Assembly (NCBI GenBank): GCA_040954595.2
Contig: CM082578.2
Location: forward strand, 14,926,998 to 14,990,997
Direction: 5' to 3'
DNA length: 64,000 bases
DNA from: Balanoglossus misakiensis
Taxonomy: Eukaryota > Animalia > Hemichordata
Shown here: in pieces, positions 12,242 through 25,241 of the stretch
Layout: each line of letters opens with the position of its first letter
Position numbering within the stretch: the first letter of the stretch is position 1
Made by a program: the position numbers and the translations under genes
The notes under the pieces: generated by a model
Seen by the model: the letters and a program-made list of their open reading frames with translations, nothing else
What the model was told of the DNA's origin: nothing
Databases searched by the model: none

Positions 12242-12724
12242 ATGGCTGTCTCTGCTGGTGAACCTCTACCCAGCTATTTACGATTTTTCTTTTACGGACT
12301 GCATGGCTTCTTCGACGAAATCGTTTTCACTGCTGTGTACGACTACGTTTACTTGAAGCCAGACGTCCGTCTGATTGGATACACCTCGCTGTACTCGTTC
12401 TTTCTCTACGGGTTTTGCAGTTTCGCAATGGAACGTCTGTATGTTTTTCTGTGGCACAAACATAAGGTTTCGACACCGGTCCGATTGGCGATGTACCTGT
12501 TAATCATTTATGCGTGGGAGTTCACGTGCGGTCTCATGTTACGTCAATTCGGGGCCTGTTCGTGGGATTACAGTGACAGAGCGTTGAACGTAATGGGATT
12601 GATAACATTCACCTATCTACCTGGTTGGGCCTTGCTTGCTTACTGGCAGGATGTATTATCTGAATTTCTGTTGAACATGAGATGCTTACCGCCAGTCCAA
12701 CCTATAGACAACAAGTTGCACTGA
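12242..12724 (+). CDS. TMEM229B: TMEM229B-like membrane protein, copy 2 (intronless CDS)
   Basis: 160 aa, colinear paralog of 8924-9406 at an offset of 3318 nt. Confidence 0.85.
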   Translation: MAVSAGEPLPSYLRFFFYGLHGFFDEIVFTAVYDYVYLKPDVRLIGYTSLYSFFLYGFCSFAMERLYVFLWHKHKVSTPVRLAMYLLIIYAWEFTCGLMLRQFGACSWDYSDRALNVMGLITFTYLPGWALLAYWQDVLSEFLLNMRCLPPVQPIDNKLH

Positions 12725-13534
12725 AGAAAACCGAAGGCACACAGGAATGAATGTTTGTTGTATGCATGTCTGTGGTACATCATAATTCTGAGATGAGAGT
12801 TCTGAGCTCAGATGCCCAGGCGCGTCTTGAGGAAATCCTGCATTCTACCAACCCTTTCATCTGGCCAAAAACACTGATGAAGTTGCAAGGACTGTTTTTT
12901 GCTCCATCACCTAATAGTGATGTCAGAGACAGATTGTCTCTGGCATCCATCACCATGACTATGCTTGGAGTCGCATCATTATACCAACCAATCAACCAGA
13001 TAGTCACAAACAGGTCACGGACAGCTGGTACCATCATGTCAGCTTTTTATATATTCAATTGTACGAATTTTTTTCCATTCAGAACAATTTGGAATATGAT
13101 GAAACGCACAAAGAAATTAGGCATTTACCAACATTTTTCTATAGCAAACAGTATTGAGAACTTGTGTTGACATATCAGACTTGTTTTAATGTTAATAAAT
13201 TCTGGCAAATCACATGAGCCTGATGGTGTGTTATAATTTTGGTTCACTTTGTACAGTTATTCCAGTAACATTCTGAAGAAAGTATTTCTTGGATTCACCT
13301 GTATATTGGGCAAGAATTTCAGTCTAGTCCAGAGCATGGTTGTTGGGCACTGTCTGTGGTATATGCAGTGGTAAGCATGGCACTAAAAGGTAAAATAGAT
13401 AAAAACAAACAATAACAAGTTTTAGTCAAGTAAAGCATTTTTATTGACCATAACTGCAAGCAGCACAGTGTTGCATTATCACAAGAACTTCAAGATAACT
13501 GAACATTGCACACAAGGCAGGCTGTCACCTCAGT

Positions 13535-14008
13535 CTACCAATATCCATATTGCCAACTTGGAGGAACACACTGGTTGTAGTAGCACTGAGCTTGGTATGC
13601 TTGTATCCAAGCCTGATATGAATAGGGACTATATTGATCTGACATCTGATCAGTGCTGTTCTGAGCTGGCCCCCACCCATACCCCATATCAGCCATTCCA
13701 TAAGACTGCGGTTGTTCAAATTCAGGATGTTGAACTGTGGGATGGTTGGCTTGTCCATGACCTGATTGATCAGGATAGGATGGTGTACCAGGTGTGATTT
13801 GCTCACTGTACATGTTATCGTTCCAGTATTCTGTGTTGCTAGGATAGGGCCCCTGGTAGGCATAGTTGACAGGTGAATTGTAGTATGGTGGGTACTGATG
13901 ATGGGCCTGGGCATTGTACTCCTCAGACTGACTGTAATAATTTGGATAACTTGCAGAGACGTCAAATCCATGGCCTTCCTCCTTGCATTCCTCCTCATCT
14001 TCTTCTTC

Positions 14009-14048
<40 letters not shown>

Positions 14049-17000
14049 CCGTCGTCATCCTCCTCCTCATCATCGTTGTCTTCTTCATTATCATCTTCAT
14101 CATCATGTTTATTAACACCATTTTCTGAACTCTGATCACTGCTACCATCACTAACATCATCATAGTTCTCTATTGTAACTCTTCTCTCCTTCGCAACACT
14201 GCAACGTTCTAATTCATGTCTCATAGGCATTCTCTCTTGCTGGCCTACCACATTTCCAGTTTGTTCAGTGGAATTACACTTTTCAACAAGTTTTGCATTG
14301 TGGTTTCGCTCTCCCTCATCGTCAAGGCTGACTGTATGAGTTGGCAATGAAAATGAACCAGGAGCATCAGACTTAATTTCTTCAGATTCAGTGCCATCAG
14401 ACTGTACAGTCTGTACTAGTACTGTCCCACTGTTGTCATCCAAATTTGCAATATTATTGTCATCAAGTCTCAGATGAGTCAAATTCTCAACGTTTGCAGT
14501 GAGAACCTGTTCTGCTTCTGCTCCATCATGACCTGTATGCTTCTGGAAATTAGGACGTTGCTCTGTTGTCTCCATGTTCAATCCTTGACCACTTTCACAG
14601 ACACTCGGCTCTTCGTTTTCTTCCTTGTAAAATCTTCTCCAAGATTTATGGTCAGTATCTTGGGTTTTCAAGAAATCCTCAAAATCTTGTACTGCATTTT
14701 GGTAATTGATGACCAAGTTACGGTTTTGATTCCCTCCAAGTGGCTTGATCGCTCTAAGATACATATCTGCATGATCTAACGGGGCTTCTGTTTGACAACT
14801 GATCTCTGATGTTTCTACCATGATACTTTTTCTCAGAACAAGTTTTTCTGTCTTGTTGTGTTGTCTTGCGACTCTCCCGGACTTCTCTGTGGCATTACTA
14901 GTTTCCATGAGATTAATCTTACTACAGTTATCAAACGTAAATTTATGTGTCCTGCCAGTTTCTGCGGATTGTCCATGCATTGCACTTATTGTGACACACT
15001 CTGTGTTAGAAGCACTTGGGACAGTCTCTGATGATACTTCTTCTTTTGACGAGTCAACCTTCAGAGGCGTTTGAGAAGATTCTTTAGTGGTGCGAATTTG
15101 TTGTCCATTACAGAATCCATTCTGCTCTGTGCCTCCCTCCTCTTCCTCCTCAGGTAGGTCTTCAAGGTCATTGTCTTGATTGATCAAGTCGCATGTTATT
15201 GTATCTGTGATAAGACAAACACAACAAATGTTCATGGTTCAGTAAATTTCTGTTAACACAGTCAAAAGTGGAGGGACTGATGGGGCAGAAAACATAAACT
15301 CACCTGGTAATAGTTTCATTGAAATGTTGCATTCCTTGCAGATGCGTTGGAGTTGTTTATATTCAAATCCCTGTGCAGTGTAGGTGACTGCAATGCCCTG
15401 GGTACCAAATCTACCAGCCCTTCCAATCCGATGTAGGTACGTCTTGGCATCATATGGAACATCCAAGTTCACCACTAGATTTACCCGTTCAGCATCGATG
15501 CCTCTTGCAGTCTGAAAGGAGTGACAGAAATCCCTTTGAATTGTTGACTTTAGATTATCCTTTGAAAGTGTTCTAAAATCATACACTTTATCAAAACAGC
15601 GGGTTTACTCTATGTATATTTCATGCAGTTCACATCAGCTCATAACAAGCTTGGATTTACTCTACTTACTAGATCAGTAGATATGAGAATTCTGCATTGG
15701 AACTTCTTCAACATTTCCATTGCCTGCAGTCTTTGACTCTGATCTTGACTTCCAGCAATGTAAGTACTGGGCCAACCTTTGCTGCATAGATAATCAGATA
15801 GATTCTGAGCTCTGAAAACAAAACAAATACAGCCCAATTACACCACTGCATTAGCATTACAGTTTTGTTAGCGGATTAATTCCCCAGAATAGAGAAGTCA
15901 CAGAAATACACATTTAATCCATGGTACAATCTCCCCGGCCAAATATTACTCAGTGTTTGGCAAAGTTCCAGCGACATCAATATCACACAGTCTTTTTCAA
16001 ACACCCAGCTGTTACTTTTCAGGCATTAAAAGAAGCTATATAATCAGATGATTCTTGCCTAGTTTGGTAGTTGGAGAAAATCAGACATTGGTTGAATGTG
16101 ACTTGGCTCAACAGCTTAAGAAGGTGCTGAATCTTGATTTCAAACTGTCTATGTGGTAGAGAATGGAATGGTACTACTTTGCAATATTGAACAAGACCTG
16201 GAATTGAAAAAATAAATACATGATTTAAGATTGAATGATCACAAGTTCCTTGTTATGACAGTAATGCATGCAAATATGTCAAAACTTGCTTCTTTTCCTG
16301 TTTGCCATTGGTAGCGAAGGCAATTGAATTGAAAATAAGAGCAAAATTGAAGTTATTGATCTAATAAAATCCCTTCCTTCCTCAATGAATGACGTTCACA
16401 TTTTGATCTTCTCCGACAATATGAGACGGCCCCTTACCTTGCAAAGCCAGATCTTTTGGGTTAAGTCTTACAAAAACAGGGTCTCTCATGTAGGAGGTCA
16501 GCTGTTGTGCAAGGTATTCTGGGTAAGTTGCCGACAGCGCCAACATTTGTTTATTTTCAGGAAGCGCTGAGTAGATCCAACTGAGAAGAACAACGCAGAG
16601 GTTTTGATTACAATTCTTGTAGTAAATCTTGAATGATGATGATGATGATAATGATATCATCATCATCATCATCATGAAATATCACTACAAGATCACCTCT
16701 CACTACAAACTGCACATGCTGTTTGCATGTGCAAAGCATAGAATAGGCTTGGAGTTCTTACTTGATTTGTTCTTTGAAGTTTTCATCCAGCAACTTGTCA
16801 GCTTCATCCAGAACAAAGAGCCGAACTGTGTTGGTATTGATTAAATCTTCTTCTATGAGTTGCTTAATTCGACCTGTAGCAATAAATAATGGTCGATACA
16901 TTGCAAACAATGCTAACACAATTATTTTCCAGGACTTTTTAAGTCGACAATGTAATTTTTCAGAAGTGATTGCCATTTATGCAATAATGTTGTCAAAAGT

Positions 17001-17596
17001 TTTCATGATCATTGACGAGTCTCACCAGGTGTTCCCACAGCAATGTGACATTTCTGGAGCTTGACCTTGTCCTGTGCAATTGGCAGTCCACCAATGAAAA
17101 CATGGCATCTGAGTTTTGAAACAGCACTTCCAATAGATAAGACGACATCTTGGATCTGTACAGCAATCTCTCTGGTTGGTGCCAGTATAAGCACTTGTGT
17201 ACTGTTGCTATCTAGTTGTAGACTTTCGAGAGCTATCACACTGAAGACACAAGTTTTGCCAGTACCAGACTTGGCTTGAACAATTAGATCTATGGAAAAT
17301 GGTACAAAATAAATTCTGATTAAATAATGTTGAAATGATATTCATGAAAATAGACATGATGCCCAACAAATAACATAGCAATAGCAGTTATAATATTAAC
17401 CTAGACCACATCTTCCTAGTGGTATGGCCTTCAGCTGTATTGGAGACGGTTTCTCGAAGCCAGCACTAGCTAGGCCCCGTTGGACGGCATCAGTCAACAA
17501 CAGACCAGCGAAGTCAATGTTGTCTCGGACGAGTACGTCGGCAGTTCTGTGTCGCTCGTTAATGTTGTGAGCGGTTCTAGATCTGGTCTCTGCCAT
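13535..17596 (-). CDS. DDX20: DEAD-box helicase DDX20 / Gemin3
   Basis: [49 protein letters not shown] and [10 protein letters not shown] motifs; long acidic and Tyr-rich last exon 13535-~15205. Confidence 0.93.
13995..14105 (-). repeat. (GAT)n/(GAA)n coding repeat, poly-Asp/Glu tract in DDX20
   Basis: catcatcat... run on + encodes [16 protein letters not shown] on -. Confidence 0.9.
16633..16677. repeat. (GAT)n-(CAT)n inverted microsatellite in a DDX20 intron
   Basis: atgatgatgatgatgataatgatatcatcatcatcatcatcat is self-complementary. Confidence 0.85.
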
Positions 17597-17938
17597 TTCT
17601 TTCAATATCAATAGGCAGTTAGGACTGTCACTGTCAGTGAAATGTGTGGTAGCTTTCGAGGAAGACGCGCATGCTGACAACAACGTGTTGTTTTCATGTT
17701 CATGTCACAGCTTTTGATGGCTTCGAAGAGCAATGTTTGTGAAAACGCGCGTGATTGGCCCATTTAGCAATATTCCTGATACACGTAGCAAATCAGCTGT
17801 AGCATTACATCAGCAACTTGCGCCCTGTGGAATTACTTCCGGGCTGAGAGCGGGCGAGTACTTCCTCCTCCACCACAGCAAGGAAACACCCATTTATAAA
17901 GCCTATGTCTGTTTTGTCGTCAAAACGACAGAAGGAAA
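17597..17938. promoter_or_regulatory. Bidirectional promoter DDX20/twinfilin
   Basis: ATGs are ~340 bp apart head-to-head; CpG-rich; GCGCATGC (NRF1-like, ~17667) and ACTTCCGG (ETS, ~17835). Confidence 0.7.
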
Positions 17939-20634
17939 ATGTCTCACCAAACTGGAATAACGTGTAAGTAAATGCCAGATAGTGTAGTTCCTTGTAGTAG
18001 AGTCAGATCTCGTAGATAATCGGTTAATTGAGCAATGACTAAACCCAACCGGCTAGTGTACAGGATATACCGGTATTTTATCAACCTAACATAATTAATC
18101 GTAGATTCGTACCCATTCATTGCAGCGTCTGAAGACCTGAAAAATTTCCTTGCAAAGAGTAAGGATGGGTCACAAAGGGTAATCAAAATACATATCGATA
18201 ATGGTGAGTACAGCAAATGAATGTAAGCAAAACATGAAACAGATTTGCCCCCCCCCCCAGCAGTGAGGGAAAAGGGTGGGGGTGGGGCAGCACTTCTACA
18301 AAATGCCTTGCTGTCATTTACTTCTCGTGTGATGCCAATGGAAACTAACTTCATTGTATGACACTTGTGTTTCTACAGAGCAAATGGTTCTTGCAGATCA
18401 TGCTGCTCCAAATGGAACATGGCAAGAAGGTATCCTTTATCCGACATGTCATTCAGTTTAATCAAGTTACAAGCCTAACAGTAAAACATTCACATATACT
18501 TCATATCGAACATGAAAAGATAATAGGAAATGTTGTCAACAGCTGGCCAGATGTTTTTGTTCAGGATGACTAAATCTGAAGCATGTGTAACTTCGTGTTA
18601 TAATGCAGAACAGATCATGCGTCATATCCTGTGACTGTCAGCCAATTTGAATCAAATTATTTATTGCAAATTGCCCAGATGGAGCATGATGGATGTTGTG
18701 AATTCTGCATTTAGCATGCTTTGAAATGAATAGCCTGTTTTAATGTACATGGCCTCAATATATAGAAGTTGATGTAATTTATTCTTGACAAATGTGACAG
18801 ATTTTGATCATTTACTGGTACCACTGGTAGAAGAGAAGAAAGGTTGTTATATTTTATACAGATTAGACTCAACAAACAAACAAGGCTATGAGTGGCTGTT
18901 GGTGTTTTACATACCTGACAAGGCACCGGTAAGACTTTCATGTATTTTTAAAATGAGTATATACCCATTTAATAAATACTGTTGGGTTAATACATTTGTA
19001 TTTCCCATTCCCCTTTGAACCTTGACTTCCAGATGACATATGACAGTACGTGCAGTACTCCCAAAACAGTACCAGGGTAATTACTAAACCACAGAATGAA
19101 ATTGTTTTGGAGATTTTCTTCTGACCTGGCTATGCAGTGATATTGCTACATACACGTAATATGTATCTTGCAGGTCCGTGAAAAAATGTTGTATGCAAGT
19201 ACCAAGGCAACTTTGAAAATGGAATTTGGTGGAGGACATATCAAAGAGGATTTCTTTGGAAGTGTTCCAGTAAGTAGCCAGATATGCATGTGCATTATAT
19301 GATTTGAAAAGTTTTCTGTACTTGTAAATTATTGACACCATCTACCTTTATGTTTCACGTACAGGAAGATGTTACTTACAATGGCTACCTGAAGCACTTA
19401 GAAGCCAAAAGTGCACCGCCACCTTTGACTTACGCAGAAGAAGAACTCCAGTTGATCAGAGAGCAGGAAGCAGGTACTGCTGCAGGCATTGATGCCAAAC
19501 AACAGACAATGCAAGGTGTTAGTTTTCCGGTGACAGCCGATGCAATAGATGCTTTGAAGAGTTTGAAACGTGGAGACAAAAATTACGTACAATTGGTAAG
19601 TTTGTAGAAGTACGAATCAGTGTAGTGTTAATCTGTTATAGTGTCAGCTCTACAGGAAATATCTTTTCTGTCTTGTAAAATAATTTGAAAGAAAATGTAA
19701 CATTAGATGTTGAATTCATGAGTTTGTTTGTATCTTTCTTTCAGAGTATTGATATACCGAATGAAAAAATTGTTTTAGAGGAGGTTGGCAATATTAGCAT
19801 TGATGAAATGCCGGGAAAGGTGCCGGAATTAACACCGAGGTATCATGTGTTCCTGTTCAAACATACCCATGAAGGAGACTACACAGAATCTGTTGGTGAG
19901 TGAAAGTCAAGTTCATTTTCAAGAAATATCAGCAATAGATAAAGTGATTTTACAACTTACCGGTCGGTAACTTTATTACATCTCTTTATAATAAATACAG
20001 TGGAATAATTCTTTTGACAACTTACTGTTTAAGATTTGAATGCTGCTCCTGACTTCAAACACATCTCAATTTCATCACCAAATCATGGCAAACTTTATCC
20101 TAAAATGCACTTCGATTATTGTACCATGGTATTTTATCAAACCTGTGAAGTGTTTTAGAAGTACTGATTTTGTCTTTTTAGTTTTCATTTACACAATGCC
20201 CGGTTACAAGTGTTCAGTCAAAGAGAGAATGCTGTATTCAAGTTGCAAAGCACCAGTCACAGATGTTATCTCAACAGATCTTGATATCGAAATCGCTAAA
20301 AAGGTAAGTATTGCTTATTTTTACACAATGTTCTGCTCTCACATATTCATGGCAAACTTTTTATTTGTCAGCAAAGACAAACTTATTCCTCTTTTTCTAA
20401 TGTACAGGAAAATTCTTAAAACATTACTGTAATCTCTGCTTGTTCTCAAGTATTTAAGGTTCTGTGTTTTTTTGTCTTTTACAGATTGAGGTTGATGATG
20501 CAAAGGAACTTACAGAAGAGTTTCTGTATGACCAGGTGCATCCCAAGAGGACCATTGTGAGGGAGAAGTTTGCAAAACCAAAAGGACCACCTGGACGAGG
20601 TGCTAAAAGATTGACAAAACCCCAGACTTCTTAA
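17939..20634 (+). CDS. TWF1: Twinfilin (two ADF-H domains plus CP-binding tail)
   Basis: MSHQTGI start; exons approx 17939-17963, 18126-18203, 18379-18429, 18801-18928, 19174-19269, 19365-19596, 19745-19895, 20182-20303, 20484-20634; [45 protein letters not shown] motifs. Confidence 0.95.
18430..18800 (+). other. U12-type (minor spliceosome) GT-AG intron in twinfilin
   Basis: Donor GTATCCTTT; branch TTCTTGAC at 18782-18789 close to the AG; no polypyrimidine tract; splicing restores WQE-D-FD. Confidence 0.85.
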
Positions 20635-20894
20635 AAAAAACTGCACCCTGTCTCGCTAGCCTAGGCACTCTGCATCATTTTAATGATGAAAAATCTCCTT
20701 TCAGCGTCCATTGACTGCATGCTGGTAATATGTGCAGTGTCTAAACCATGAAGAAGTAATGGGGGTGGGGGTAGGAGAGAGGCCAAAATTGCAATGATTA
20801 AGAAAAAGCAAATCCTAGTCTGTGTTAATAATTTTGAAGTTAAATTTTGATTTAAAAGTAAAAAGGGCAGTCATGCTGTAGTGTGCATGTGTAT

Positions 20895-20960
20895 TACATC
20901 ATCAAATTGTGTGCAGGGGTTTCACATCATCAAATTGTGTGCAGGGGGTATCACATCATC
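20895..20960 (+). repeat. Short tandem duplication (~27 bp) in twinfilin 3' UTR
   Basis: acatcatcaaattgtgtgcagggg occurs twice, plus a partial third copy. Confidence 0.8.
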
Positions 20961-23537
20961 TAAACCAAGAGTGTGGCCAAACAAGGTGCCAAGAATTCTG
21001 TTATGTAATATACTTAAATCACGATTTTCAATTTCTGTGAGCTGAGACTGAACCCAGGCCACAAACCCCAAATGTCAAAACCTTGAATAATTATTTTCAT
21101 GTTTACTGCTTGATGAATATAATTAAAACCTGTATTTGTTGCATGTAGATGTTTTTGTAAAAGTTTTATTTTTTATCTTTGTTATCATCACTTAGATTTT
21201 GTTGCCGACAGTGATTTTTGTTTCTTGTCCAAACGCTGTTCTTCTATAAAAGTGTGTAAAAATGTTTCCAGGTTCAAACCCAAATTGCTGGGAATCATGC
21301 CTGTCACAAACCAGTAATCCTCTTCCAAACCTTTTTAGACCTACAGAATAAGTTTCAACCAAATGAGAATATTAATTTCCTAATGCCGAATGAATATTTA
21401 TACTCATTTTTAAAGTCATTGGCAGCACAAAATATATTGAAGACTAACACAGGCATCCTCTTTATTCTTGCAAAAACTTAAACCATTAACATTAAATGGA
21501 GAAGTGATCTCCATAAATTATTGTACAGATTCATTTTAAAACTTCCACAAATTCAGTTTATCCTATATTGTTCCAACTTTATTTTTCTTCCCTATTAATT
21601 TTTTCCATTTTGTATTTGAGGTGATCCCAATAAACACCAAAAAAAACCCAACAAAGTAAAATAGTGAGTGGTATTGTGTATTTAAAATGTTTTCAAATCC
21701 AGAGAAGAGTTTATCAATGCCCAAACTGTAATATTTGTGGTTTTACAAAAACAAATACCAAAATTTGTGAGATATTGTATTGTAGAAGTTTAGTTTGTAC
21801 TTTAACTCCAGGTCTACATGAATTGTACAGTGAAACCTGTGAGCAAACTATACAGATTAGCTTTTGTTGGAGTCAAGCAGTTGAGGGGAAATTCACTTAG
21901 GAGCTTCAGAGTACCTAGAATTGTCCAACAAATTGGAACAATTAACCGCTGTTTCAACTCATTTTAAGCAAGAATTGCAAGTTTACTTTTTTTGGTTGTT
22001 TTGATCAATCCAAGAGTTTCTTAGTACAGCAAAGTGGTAAATTTTACTTCCTAAAAGAGTGAGTTTATTTTTTTTATGGATTTTGTCTGCAATGTGCATG
22101 GAGTAACTTTTCTTTATCAAACTTGACAAATTTGGTTTTGTGTAAAGGGCTGCATATTTAGTCCTCAATCATTCCTTATTTTCTTCTATTTTGTAAAATT
22201 GTATCCTGTGTTTTGTTGTACTTTAATTTTCTGACCCTTGGACATTTCCAGTAAAACAAAACCCTGCATAATGATAAGTACATATTAAAGACAGCAAGTT
22301 GACAGCTGCATGCTTGTAAACTGTGTTATAAGTGCAGCACTGCATGGTACTCTGGCAAATGACCTCTGACCTCTTCAGAGGTCAGGAGAAGGCAATGGTA
22401 AAAAAGCAGATTTGCTAGAGGTGCATGGGCGGAACACACTTAACCCAAACCCTTCCTGTGGACAGTGGCAATGAATGCATGTTGTACATGTGTCTGTCTC
22501 ATGGCAATCTGTAGTAAGTAAATGTTCTGTGCATTAACATAGAAAATAATTTTCAGTTCTTCTTAATGCCTCTACTATAATTTCTTACATAAAATGATTA
22601 ATTTAAGGTTGCACTGAAATTTACAAATTAAGTTTGCAATGCAGTAGACTCTGATTACATAGTCCATCTAGTAATTTAACTGTGATCTAATTCAACCAAC
22701 ATGCCACAAGCAACTGCATACTTTACAACCCAGCAAAGTTACCTTTCTTGTCTTCAACCCTTCCATTATTATTTTGAAAATAAACTAACCCAACCGAACA
22801 CTGGAAAAAGCCTGTGCAGGCATTATGCAGGGATATCCAGAGACTGGAACCAAAAATATTGTTTTGAAGTTTCCCATCAGTTGTTGCTTTGCCCTTCATG
22901 GCATGTAATTTCCTGATCACAGCCAAAACGACAAAATGAGTTTTCTAATACCTTGTTTTTCTTCTTACATGCAGGCGACAAAAAATCTTGCATTTTAATC
23001 TGAAAGAGAAGATGTATTGAGAAGGGAACACACATAGACCACCAATGTACTATTACTGTTGGTTGCTCTGTCTTGGGCCTCGTAAATAAAGGGTCTTCCA
23101 GCACTTTATTCTCAATGAATTGAGAACATGCAAGATAACATCTACTTATAGACTCTTCTAGTTCTGTAAAGAGTGTCACTGTCATGGAAAAACATTGTTA
23201 TGTACTCAAGTCTGTGTGTGACTGGATATTTTTATGATGTATATCGGTTAAGAAAACCAGGGTCAGTCTTTCTTGACAATCTGTCAATTATTGTAAATGT
23301 AGTATTTTCTGCCGCAGTCACAGTTCAATAAAGTATGGATTGAAGAGCATTGAAATGTGTCCAGAAGTTTTCTTTAACAGTCAAAATATTGCCTGATAGA
23401 GATTTTTATTGCAAATCTTGTTCAAAACTAAGCTGTGTCCATGACACAGTACACATCAATCACAGCAATGCAAAATATTCTCAAGAAAATAATTATACGA
23501 TGTTGCTTCTAAAAAGCTGTCATATTTGTACAGGATA

Positions 23538-25208
23538 TCAACTCTTTGCAGAGTTTTGTGCTTCAGTTAAAACTGTTCTTGATTCTGTCATTTCCTTCTC
23601 AGCCAGATCCACAGCCAAGTCCATAAACTCTTTGGCTTTACTCCTGCAAGCATAATAGAAGTTAATTGTATTTTATAATTCAATGTAGAGGAACATTTTC
23701 AAGAGAAAAAGGGAATTTGTGACAGTTGAAAATATAACGCCGTTGTACTTGTAGCCAGCCACAAATAAACATTAATTCTTACAATTCTTGCTGTTTGCGT
23801 TGGATTCTTTCTCTGTGCTCTCTCTGAAACTGCTCCAGGATATTCTCACCAACAATATATTGAAGTGAAACTAGTGACAATCCCACAGGGATTCTGAAAT
23901 ATGAAAATCATGCCAAACAAGGAGATAAGTTCAAATGACATTCAATTAAGGCATTCAAATGTATATGTCAGCGAATGCATTGATTAATGGAAGACCAATC
24001 TTGTGATGACAGACACTCAATATAAATTAAACATTCAGAACAGGAATGGCAACATTTGCAACCCATGTCAGATGCAAGAGATCTTACCCCAGCAATGCTC
24101 CTATTATTCCACCAGCTACAACACCTTTGGGTCCCAATTGAATTTTGTACAGCGCACCTGCTACACCTAGTAGATAGAAGGACAACTATTTTAGGGTTAC
24201 AGACATCGGGCCAAAATTGTAATTAGGGTACCAGCAAACAAGACTTTTTCATGGTATGGCTCTAATATCATTTGTCATGAAAGTGACCTATCATATGAGA
24301 ATTTTAAGATATGAAGTCAATTATTTTTCTGGAGAACATACCTGCAGCCACAACATAGTTGAGAGTGTCTACTTTATTCCTGTACACAGCAACACATAAA
24401 CTACACCCCCTGAGAAACAGAATATAAATCAAAACACATCAAAATACATTTAAAGAAAACTAATCAATATTTAAAAATGTCGCACCTTTGTAGACAGTAC
24501 AAAAAGCTTCAAGTTTTCCATGGTAATTTAGCATTCAGAACAACATTGGGGAGAGCAGTTTGCTACTTTTCGTGCCTGCACTTACTGAAACATTCCGGTC
24601 AATGCACCCACTCGCCAGCCCCATCTCCATCCATAACGTATGAAGCCCCTCATGCCAGCGTTATGTGACTGCCTCTGAAAATAACAATAAAACCATCACA
24701 ACATCATTCCTGACTTCTGTATCAAATTTAATCTACTAACGCATATCGATTCAATATTATCATCTGTTGTGTACTATTTTAGAAGTCTGCATCCTTAGTA
24801 AAAAAATACCTGAGCTTAAAGATTTAATTTTTGAGCAAATATTAGCTTCAGTCACCAACCAAACTTGCTGATACTTACTATAGCATGTACTCTGTGTTCA
24901 TATGGGGTTGCGTGGCTTTGCTCAATATATCGTCCTCTCAACAGGCGTGAAGCTGGAAACCCACCATATGCAAAGCCTAGAACAAATGCTCCTATGCTGT
25001 ACCTACACACATATGCTATCTCTTCTGACAACAATCCATTCTCTCTATGTAAGGAAATAATACATGATGATGATCAACCACTATCAGTAACAGTTTGACA
25101 AGAATTTATTACTCAGATAAAATAAAAGTATAAAGTACAAGTAACATCCTATTTAAAAAGCCCTGCCTTTGGATCAACACTGTTACATGGCAAAATATCA
25201 ATTTTATT

Positions 25209-25241
<33 letters not shown>

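Noticed and set aside
13444-15074. Alternative-frame and antisense ORFs (poly-M, poly-H, poly-I) over DDX20
   Set aside because: Shadows of the (CAT)n repeat and the DDX20 last exon.
22358-22390. SECIS-like ATGA hairpin
   Set aside because: ATGA pairs by Watson-Crick rather than forming a GA quartet, there is no apical AA, and no in-frame TGA was found in twinfilin.
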